Shown here: in pieces, positions 30,701 through 42,935 of the stretch | Position numbering within the stretch: position 1 is the first letter of the stretch | How the letters are laid out: each line of letters starts with the position of its first letter | Origin: Rotaria socialis | Taxonomy: Eukaryota | DNA: 64,000 nt | Assembly: GCA_905331295.1 (NCBI GenBank) | Contig: CAJNYD010000459.1 | Span: 186,001 to 250,000 of the forward strand | Direction of reading: 5' to 3' | The notes under the pieces: generated by a model | What the model was told of the DNA's origin: nothing | Seen by the model: the letters and a program-made list of their open reading frames with translations, nothing else | Databases searched by the model: none | Position numbers and translations under genes: made by a program

Positions 30701-31091
30701 TCGCGGAATATATTTAATGAATCCAATTCAAATTCAATCTCCTCAACAAGTCTACGAACAATTAACTATTGATTCCGTAACATATATAACACGTCAAGAA
30801 ATTGCTCAACGTTATAATCAATCTCCGATGTGTTTAACACCATTAGCAAGAAATAATAATAAATCAAGATTATTTTCAGATACAAGGTGGCGTACAATGA
30901 ATGTTCTTGGACAAGTTGTTAATGTTCTACGTGAAGATCGTCAATTAAACGAAAATGAAACACGTAATATTCCATATCGTCCAACGGTAACTCATGTTAG
31001 AATACCATCAACATGTTCATCTGGCATTTTAATATTTTCAAAAGATTATAATGAATTAATCAATGCGATTGACTTGCCATTAAGACAATAA
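27707..31091 (+). CDS. Uncharacterised protein: long Ser/Asp/Asn-rich disordered N-terminus plus a globular C-terminal domain
   Basis: ORFs 27707, 28068, 29025 and 30609 are linked by GT-AG sites. The C-terminal domain reads 'SRFFPFWPPRDVDLLQWLSHWIKQG / ALPIAIMNI...WQHRIIYGIEPRGIYLMNP'. Internal exon structure is approximate. Confidence 0.7.
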
Positions 31092-32423
31092 ATCTATATT
31101 TTATTTCTCTATTCATTGTAAATTGTTTACTTTTTATTTTGCTAGTTTACACCGGTTGTCTGTATGATTGAGCGATATTTGTTTTTTCTTTGTGGTTTTC
31201 AAAATGGAAATTCAATGTTATCATTGTTCATTATTTCAAAGTGTAGTACGATAGGAATGATAAATAATGATTTCATTCGGGCGCAACATTGGATACTTAA
31301 TCATGTTTTCTTTCGTGATCGTTTTAAAACTATTGGCGACTATAAATTATGATATCAAAACACCGCTACAAACACTTGAGACTTATAAATATTGAGATGA
31401 GTTTATATTAAGAATTCGAAATTCATTTCTCATACGATTCTTACTTATTTCTGTCCGGGTAAAAAAAACTCTGATGATGATGAATAATTTTATATTTCAA
31501 AGAGAAATGTTTGTTTTAACGGAAACTCTTATCTAACGTAAGAAATATTTTGTCTTGTTATCTACTTAGTGGATATATGAATATCATTTCAGCCGTCAAA
31601 CAAACGTACTCGATATTTTTCATAAGTTTCAATACGAAAAAGATCTTTGTTCTTTCCCATTCTAGAATTGTCAGAATGATATTTGCTTTCAAAAGCGGCA
31701 TAAAACAATACTTCTCATTTTTTTTCTTTTTATTCATATCCAACCTTTTCGAATATCAGATAATTCAATTAGACGCCTCAAGTATATCTTGAGTAAACTG
31801 TAATTTAATACAAAAATATAATCAATTTTTCTATTGGAATCCTATAAATGATGTAAACACGACATATGATAATTTAATGATGTAAACGATCATATGTATG
31901 TATTTGTTGGATAGAAATTATTATTCTAAACTAAATACGAATTGTTATAAATATGTACTTGTATTAAATGATAGGAAATCTTCTATTGAAAGCATGTAGT
32001 AACTAGATACACGAGTGAGTACATCAATAATGACTTGATCGATTTTCCTTTTAGAAATTCAATAATGTTTACAATGAACTAATCATGCAATTATGAAAGC
32101 AAGACACATTTATTGACGTTTTTAAATTATGGCATGCAGCCAGCGCGAAGATCATCAATACTATGCGTCTTTGATTTTATATTATTTTATAGGCTAAAAT
32201 AGAAACTTGATAATATTGTTGAACTATTTACACTTGAAGATTTATTGAAATATTGTCTCATTCGTATACATTTATAGCTTAGGATATATCGTTACAGTTG
32301 TTATTAATTATTAAAGAAATAGTAAAATAGAACTATTAATATCATAATGGCTCCAAAAAAGAATCAAGTTATGTCGTACAATCGATTTCTGTATTACATC
32401 ATTTAGAAATATAATATAACTAT

Positions 32424-33159
32424 TTAAATGTGGTCAACTGTAAAATGTTTCACATTGTTCAATAATTTCGATAGAATAAAAGCATAGCGAACAGTACAAA
32501 TCTAGAATAAAACAAAAAGAAACAGAATAGCTACAGAAATTTTCTAAGATAACGGAAATTACTTGAAGTAGTGAGGCTGTTAGACAAACGATAATAAAAA
32601 TAATAGCAACAATTATTCCTTTAGCAACACCTAGCCGTGATGTTGTAACAATAGTTCCAATAAGAATAACTAAGGCAATAACAAGTACTAAAAGAAGAGA
32701 CACCGAACCAAGCCAACCGAACTAAATCGAAAAAGGAAAATAACTTTTTTGTTCACTCGACATATAATCATAACATACGACAAGTAAACCTGTTTGATAA
32801 TAACGATAGGCTACTAGTAAACCAAAACCGTAATAAAAAATAGAAATAATAATTGATACAAATTGAGAACTATTATTAGGAAGTTCGCTGTGAAATGAAT
32901 CAACACTTGTATATGAATAAAGAATAAAGATAACATTTATGAAACTAAGAAACTTTAAAAAATGAAACGAAATATTCTTTTGACGTATACATTCAATGAG
33001 CTATGAATTACTGACCAGTAACATGCTAATTAAAATCAGTAGAATCTTTCGTACCCGATAAATTTCAGGCTCCGGTCCAAGTAATATAAATTTATTGTGA
33101 ACAGTAGAACTATCAGCCATCGATACTTTGTCAGACAATACTTCATTTTGTTGTTCCAT
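32424..33159 (-). CDS. Small multi-pass (about 4 TM) membrane protein, 4 exons
   Basis: 'MEQQNEVLSDK...IYRVRKILLILISMLL', 'FVSIIISIFYYGFGLLVAYRYYQTGLLV', 'FGWLGSVSLLLVLVIALV...LTASLLQ', 'ICTVRYAFILSKLL...DHI*', with GT-AG junctions. Confidence 0.75.
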
Positions 33160-35062
33160 CTGTATGTGTGTGTTTTTCTTCGCTATGTGCAGAGAAATCG
33201 ATTATTCGTATGGTTACAACTGATTGCAAAAGAAAAAAGAACGAAGCTGTGCTTTCGCTATAGTTTGTGTAATTCGACAAGAAAAAAAAACCAGAGAATA
33301 GTACAAGAACTGTGCCATGGGCATAATATTTTGGGTCATAGAATGACAAGACAAAAGAAACAAAAGAAGAATCTTACTCCTAATAGTAGAAGAATATCTT
33401 TTATTAATCTCCAAAAACTTGTCATTTTTATATATTTTAAATATATAATAATTGTCAAACTTGTGCAAATTGTTGTTTTCTTTTATTGATTTTCTCATAA
33501 AGAAGATTTATGTTAAGATTTATTATAGAAAAAAAAAACATAATTAAAATAATTGCTCTTCTTTTTCTTCACTCAATAGGACAGATTCTTTTTAATGCTT
33601 CATTAATTTTATCGGTTAGTCTATAGAATTAATTAACTTACGATAATTTTTGTTGCCAATAAAAATTAGATAAAGAAAAATACTCATTTCAAATTGATTT
33701 ATTATCATTCAATGTCTACTGTCCTTAGTATAAAATTACGTTTTCCATGGAAAATCTTGATATTTTTTCGACACTGTTCTATTGAGCAAGGAAAAAAACA
33801 TTGAATTATAGATTACAATCACGATTTCTATTCAAAATAGTAATAGCTTCAGATGGTTTACCTTCTTTTCTGTTTATCATCAGAATCGTCAGTTTTCTAA
33901 GTTAAATAGAAGATTTTGATTGTCAGAAAAACAAATATTATATTGAAGTGAACATGTGATTTTACAATTTAAATAGATTATGTGTTCACTGTTAAAATTA
34001 AACAGCTTGCCAAGAACAACAGCTCAGACTATCATCGATAAAACAGAACAGAAAAGACGCTGCTTATTCTCTGATGTTGTCATCTTTCATTAATCATCAA
34101 ATTTCTTTTGTTATTATGTTTAGATTTCTGATACTTTTACATTACACGTAGAGCTACATGAAATACACGATCATTGGATAATCATTTCAGTTGATTTCAG
34201 CTTTCGCTCGTAATCTGCTGTTATTATAAAGATATGTTGTGCTACGTCATCCATTGTTTTTTTTACTAAAACTAACTTTTATCTTTGGTGTAGAGAAATT
34301 TTCTATTGACGCCTGTCGTATCCTTTGACAGACGTATTCTTAGTGCATTTGCGGTAGAATACAACAGTTAACATCTTGATAACATATTTAGTATAAATAA
34401 TCAGATAGACAGAATATCCGAGCATTGATGATATGAGATATAGACTATTCTAACATTAATAAAAACACGCGAGTACTTTTCTCATAGTTTTAGTTAATGA
34501 TTAATCGAAAGAATTCGAAAATAGATAGCAATAGTAATAGAATCGATTTATAATTGTTGAAAAAATATAAGTGAAAATCCAGCCTCGATAGTCGAAGCAT
34601 CATCCGTTGAACTTTGATATAAACGACATTTCGAATGCTATACTAATGTGTGAAAGAGAAGAAAAAAAATCAACAGATTGCTAATAAGAAGCATCAGAAC
34701 CAGATTTGACATTAGTTTATTCTTGTTGAGTAGATTAATAGTATTTCAATGAAAGTTCTAAAATCTCATTTTTTTGAAATATCATGATCAGTTAAATCTT
34801 AGTTATCGGAATACACTACGTTAAATAGATGCTAGAGGAAAGACTTGTAAACCAGAAAAAAATGGAAGTTCCTGAAATAAGCGTTTGAAGAGAAGAAACA
34901 CATCTGTACATTTCTTTCTGTTATTTTGCTTTCATACATAGGAGTTAAGATCTGTGAGGATGATAATTACCAGAACTTCTCAAATATGTCAGACGGAAAC
35001 GAACGAATAAGAAAGCTTGAGCATTTCATCGATTTGTTGCACAATCAAATGAGACCAACATA

Positions 35063-35228
35063 GACGAGATGGCCGAGCGGTTAAGGCGTTAGACTGCTAA
35101 TCTAATGGGCTCTGCCCGCGTGAGAAATTTCATTCAATTATTACACATGCTCTTTTATCAAATGGTAATTTGAATTTTATTTTAAATGTCATATTTGACT
35201 CATTCCTGTTCAAATCTCACTCTCGTCG
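35063..35228 (+). tRNA. tRNA-Ser(GCT) interrupted by an 84-nt insert (35125-35208) between the 5' T-stem strand and the T-loop
   Basis: Acceptor stem GACGAGA/TCTCGTC; A-box TGGCCGAGCGGTTAAGGC; anticodon arm TTAGA-CTGCTAA-TCTAA (GCT at 35096-35098); long variable arm GGGC-TCT-GCCC; T-stem GTGAG (35120-35124)/CTCAC (35216-35220); T-loop TTCAAAT (35209-35215); discriminator G. Confidence 0.92.
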
Positions 35229-35233
35229 CCATG

Positions 35234-35238
35234 TTTTT
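35234..35238 (+). terminator. Putative RNA polymerase III oligo-T terminator of the tRNA gene
   Basis: TTTTT a few bases after the tRNA 3' end. Confidence 0.55.
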
Positions 35239-35619
35239 CTTCTCTTGGCTATTGAGTTTTTTCAGACAGTAGGCGTCATTTCTTTTCTTTGATTCGTTTC
35301 GTGCTTGTATGAATCATAAAGAGTAATTCAAAACGATCCTATGTCACATAAAAAAAATCGATAAATAGAGTGCTTTGTTGTTATATTCAAAGCTTCAGTC
35401 TTCTTCTTGAACAAATATAATATTCATCTATATTTATTTGCCTGTTTGACATGTTTCTTAGCCTGCTATTTGTTTTTGTAAGTAAAATTAAGAAAGACTA
35501 CCTGAATTTTCTCTGAGATAAACATGTTTAAGTCGTAATGACATCGTACATCGAAATTTTCTCACATATCCAATTCCGCGGGTTTTATTATCAATCATCA
35601 AAACTCGAGCTCAAATTTT

Positions 35620-37449
<1,830 letters not shown>

Positions 37450-37747
37450 ATTTTCTGTTAGCAAATAATTGATAAATAACTGTGTTAGTTGCGCTTTATG
37501 TGTACTGATAAAGAGGTGTGTAGTTAGCAACGTGTAAGCCCAGAATCAAAAGAGTCTGTATTGTGACTCATTGTTTTGTTTGTTATGTTATTTTTTAACA
37601 AATTTTACGAATTGAATCAATCAGCTTGCTTTATTTATTAAATCAGAGAACATATTTGTCAGTATGCCATCTTTAGGTTGCACCGTTATAGAAAGTTATT
37701 CGTGAACTGATGTTACTGTACATTAAGTCTACATAGATAATATTTAG

Positions 37748-38241
37748 TAGGGTGTGGGTGTTGATGTTCTGGACACACCCACACCCAGACCCTCAGGTTT
37801 TCAATACCACGGTTAACTGCGTTTTTTTCTACGAATTTTTTTTCGTGGGTAACATACCCTTCACCGTAGAATAGAAAACCCTTTTCAAGAAAGGATATAT
37901 TAGTATACCCTTGGGCATAGACTAAGAAATCCTTTTCATGAAAGTGCATATTAATATACCCTTCACCATAGAATAAAAAACCCCTTTTCATGAAAAGATA
38001 GAACAATAAACCCTTTTTTGCTACTCATAAACCCTTTTTATTTTCAAATACCCTTTTCCTCAGAAACCCTTTTACACTAAAACCCTTAAAGGGTTTGACG
38101 AACCCGAATAAACCTTTTAAGGGTTTAGGAAGACTTTCCAAATGTACTAGGGTTTATTGTTCTACGAATTTGTTTTACAGTGCAGTATTACTGGTGACCA
38201 GTATTACCAGCACCCAGTATACTGGTACGGATGAACCCCTA
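37748..38241. mobile_element. Cluster of MITE-like fragments including three 51-bp tandem units
   Basis: Hairpin GGGTGTGGGTG...CACCCACACCC; units starting ATACCCTT at 37854, 37905 and 37956; TCTACGAATTT repeated at ~37829 and 38161; CCAGTAT/ACTGG mini-repeats at 38183-38228. Confidence 0.6.
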
Positions 38242-38265
38242 ACAGAGACCCTGTTCGGTTGTGAC

Positions 38266-39045
38266 TTTTTTTTTATTTTTTAAATTTCGCTCTTTTATTG
38301 TTACACTTGGAAGTGCTTACAAGAGTTTCCGTAAGAATTTACAGCTGTTTGATTATCACGGCAATGAACTTTTAAACATACAGAAGAGAGAACAAAACAA
38401 TCATAAGATGACATGCTTGCTAGATAGAGTGTGATGTATAGAGTTATACATGTGAATAACTCGAAAAGGAAAAAGAAATTAAAGGAGAAAATGAGAATAA
38501 AGAAAAAGAAAAAGAAAAAGAAAAAGAAAAAGAACAAGAAAAATAGGGACGCGTTAAAAGAGCGAGAGCTAGAGAGCACGAAACATTAAACAAAAAAAAC
38601 AAAGAAACAAAAACCCACGGTTGAGTTCATTCAACTAAAAATTCAAGCCATTTCAGAAGCAGCGATTGATGTCTGTCACGTTTGCGTCTGACTCGCTTCA
38701 TTCGAAAGAAATGACCAAGGTGATCATTCTTATCTTTATGGAATGAATCCCAATAAAATATATCATTGTAGAAGGGCGAGCGACCTTAATCTGGTTTTTC
38801 AATTCGTTCTAATCTTTTCTTTATATATCGTTTCACATAGTCTTCTAAAGAGTCTTCTTTTGTTATTTGTAGAATGTTTGTTGCTCGAGCAAAGGGACAG
38901 CGATGAACCAGTCTTAATCCGCTTCTAAACTTTCTTAACAACAATTCTTTTTGGGTTTTCGGTAGGAATGGATACAGTGGAAACATCCAGGCAAAATACG
39001 GAAAACTGTAAGCAAAGAAACATCTTCTCAAAACGTCTGTTGAGA
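38266..39045 (-). mobile_element. 3' end of a non-LTR retrotransposon (RT thumb/C-terminus, 3' UTR, A-rich tail); 5' part cut by an assembly N
   Basis: 'YSFPYFAWMFPLYPFLPKTQKELLLRKFRSGLRLVHRCPF...LEDYVKRYIKKRL' resembles the post-RT region of LINE ORF2, with an in-frame stop at 38786. (TTTTTC)n tract in the UTR, then AATAAA and an A-rich tail ending at 38266. Confidence 0.75.
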
Positions 39046-39046
39046 N

Positions 39047-39777
<731 letters not shown>

Positions 39778-40560
39778 ATCGATAGAATCAATAAAAAAAT
39801 TAATCAATCGAACAGCTATGAAAATTTTTTTAATACTTCTTTTTCTTTTTTCTATCTTTTAAAACAACTATCTTCAATTTTTACTATTAGAATTGCACGC
39901 AAATCATATAGCCTGTTATCCCACTATAATGATGTATCATCATCATTATCACCTTTTTTCTTTTTTTTCTTTATCCTTTTTATTCATAATTTTGTGCAAT
40001 TAAAATAGCATATATTAACTCATTTTTGCTAAATAAATTTTAATAATCATCCTTTGGTATTATGACAAATATTTAACTACTTATATCATCATTTTAATAA
40101 TGAGAGAAAATTCTAATTTGTCAATTCTCATCTTATCAATTGAATTCTTTGTATAAAAATGATGATGCTAGAATACAATACATTGCATATTACACATTAA
40201 ACGTGGAAGTATCTTAGATGACGATTGAAGTAGTCCAATGAGAGTAGATTATGAAAACCAATCATTTATATCCATGATCATATGAATGAATTGAATATGA
40301 CAGCAATCATTATTAACTATTTTCTTCTATCACATTGTTTGTCTGAAAATAGAACTTGCAGTATTGATACTGGAATACTGTCTATTGGATTTTTCTACTA
40401 GAATTTTGTTTGCTGAAATATAAATAAGAAAATATATTTAACAAAAAAATAAATATACCAATTATAATACTTTAATACAATCGTCAAATAAAATCATTTT
40501 CCTTTTTTTTTTTTGAAATAGTTTGACAAAAACTGAAAAAATAATATATATAAGTGCATT

Positions 40561-42935
40561 TTAATTATACGCAAGTTTTCGTTTAGTTTCAGTTATATTA
40601 TGTTCATATAATTTTATATCAAAATGATCCATCGGTAATGTTGCTGTGGCTATAGCAAGCGCTTCATAATGATATAATAATGCTTGTTCGTAATGTCCCA
40701 TTTCATTAAAAACGCCACCTAAATTATTGTAGGTTCCAGCTACATCGGGATGTTTCGATGATAATACACGTAATTGTAATTCTAAGCAACGTTCAAATTC
40801 ACGTTGTGCTGCACGATATTCACCTTTATTTAGATACAATGTTCCAAGACCATCATGAACAAGTGCAATCGTTGGATGATTCGCTGTTGATAAATGACGT
40901 TTATATAGTTCCAGTGCTTGTTCATAATGTTTCAATGATAATAACCATTGCCGTCGATCACAATGTAAAAGACCAAGATATGAATGTATCATAGCTGTAT
41001 CTAAGGGATGATTCTTAACAGCTTCTAGTGCTCGTTCAAAAAAAATCAATGCTGTACTATATTCTTTTTGTAATTGATGATAGACTCCTAGATTTATATT
41101 TGAAATTGATTCCGTCTCTTTTTTCAAATGAGATAATGCTTGTGAAAACATTCGTTGATAAATATAACAAAGTCCTATGTTATTTTCTACTTTAGTTTGT
41201 TGATAATATGTTTGTGCAATATTGAATTGTCCCCAATTTCTGTAGATTTCTCCGACATGACTTAAAATTTCTTCTCCTTGTTTAAGCGCTAATTTAAAAT
41301 GTTTAACAGCTGCTAATATATCTCCCGTATCTCTATAAACAAGCGCTATTTGTGCGTGTGTACGATCAATATTTTCATAGGACGAAGAATTTGTTTGATT
41401 TTTTTCTTGATAAATTTTTAATGCTTGTTCATGATAATTCAACGCGGTTGCATATTGACATTTTAGACGAAATATAGCTCCAACATAATTACAGATTAGT
41501 GCTGTTTCTTCATCTAGTTTAGGTAAATGATCAATTAGTAAACGATAAAATCGATCAGCTTTTGATGATTGTTTTATTTTATCCCAAACAAGCCCAATAG
41601 TTAAATATGGATGTGGAATAGAGTCAATTTCACTCAACAAAATATTGATCTGCTCATTGATATCATCTTTTGCCATGAGATTTAAATGTACATGCCATAT
41701 ACCATCAAGTTGCATTCCAATATGTTGAATACGAAATAATGTACCAATCGAAAGAAGAACTTTATTATCTGATATTGATTTATATGAGTGACTTATGGAA
41801 AAATGGTATAAAACAGTTTCAAGTGTATTAGATTTTGATGAAACTTCGCTGATAGCTTCTTCAATAGTTTTACAAATATCAAGATAACGATTTATTGATA
41901 TAATACCATTTAAATTCATACGTAAACGATATAAATCATCAGCATTTACATTTTGTGCACGATAATAGGTTTTCGTTTGTAAGCTATCTGAATCTATTGA
42001 TGTGTTTTCATCTATTAAACGTTGTATATCACGAAAAATAAAACTATAATTAAATAGAAGTGAAAAATTGTGTGTCCGGCTAGCTTTGTGTAAAAGACGT
42101 GAAAGAAATTTCGTTCTTAAATACCAATCGATAGCTAATTCAGATTTATAGTTTTGTTCAAAATGTTTAATTTCATCTGAACGCTTATAATTATCACGAT
42201 AGTAATAATAGCATGAACGTAATATTCGTTGTATTTGTGATTTATCGATAGATGATGATGATAGGTGGAACAAAATATTTTGAAAAAATAAATGAAATAT
42301 AAGAAATGAACTTGCTTGTTTTAAATTTAAATTTTTTATCTGTGGACTCAAATATGTTACAGGGATTGAATCATGATCACAAACATCGCTAACGTCTTCC
42401 GTTAATTGTGAGAAACATTCTGTTGAATTTAAATAAACACCAGTTATTAATGGCTCATTAGTTTTAGCCCAAGTTTCTAATTGTGTTCTTTTTATCGTTG
42501 TAACAGTTGAATCGCAATAGACATAGATAGATGATAATGAACGAAGTTCAGCTTTAACGGAACATATTAGATGAACGTATTGACTGTAAAAATAAAAAGA
42601 AACAAGAAAAAAAGTATTAGTTAAAAGCTAATCAAATCAATAAATAATTCATACTGTGAAACAAAAAGAAAAACTTTATCATTAACAACCATTTTGATAA
42701 AATTAATGCAATCATTGGGATTATCAAATGTTTTTAAATTATTTATTATTTCTCGAGCATGATTGGATTCTTCTATCCAGTCATCATTATATTGATTAGC
42801 TGAGTCAAGCCAAACAAGAATACCTTCTTCAAAATCATCTTGATTTTCAGTGACTGATTTTGATCTCGTTGTTTTAGCTAAATTTGTTAATTCTAAACTT
42901 TCATTAGTATGTTGTTTATTCAATATCGAGCCCAT
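40561..42935 (-). CDS. TPR-repeat protein with an N-terminal receiver-like segment and a degenerate ADP-ribosyltransferase-like domain, 2 exons
   Basis: 'MGSILNK', 'ILVWLDS...LKTFDNPNDCINFI...KVFLFVSQ', 'AIDWY...FLSRLLHKASR', 'TYYRAQ...VLLSIGTLFRI', then kinesin-light-chain-type TPRs 'HPDVAGTYNNLGGVFNEMGHYEQAL'. Confidence 0.85.

Noticed and set aside
35120..35208. Reading the tRNA insert as a spliceosomal intron because GTGAG looks like a donor
   Set aside because: GTGAG is needed as the T-stem, and the insert ends in CCTG, not AG. GT-AG splicing would not rebuild the tRNA.
37854..38000. 51-bp periodic repeats resembling a CRISPR array
   Set aside because: Whole units are similar with no unique spacers, there are no cas genes, and the context is eukaryotic.
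38301..38579. Phe-rich ORF
   Set aside because: It is a translation of the (TTTTTC)n microsatellite in the LINE 3' UTR.
38266..38620. Hammerhead ribozyme or Penelope/Athena-type terminal repeat in the retroelement 3' UTR
   Set aside because: I found no CTGANGA...GAAA core with flanking stems. The poly(A) signal and tail fit an ordinary LINE end.
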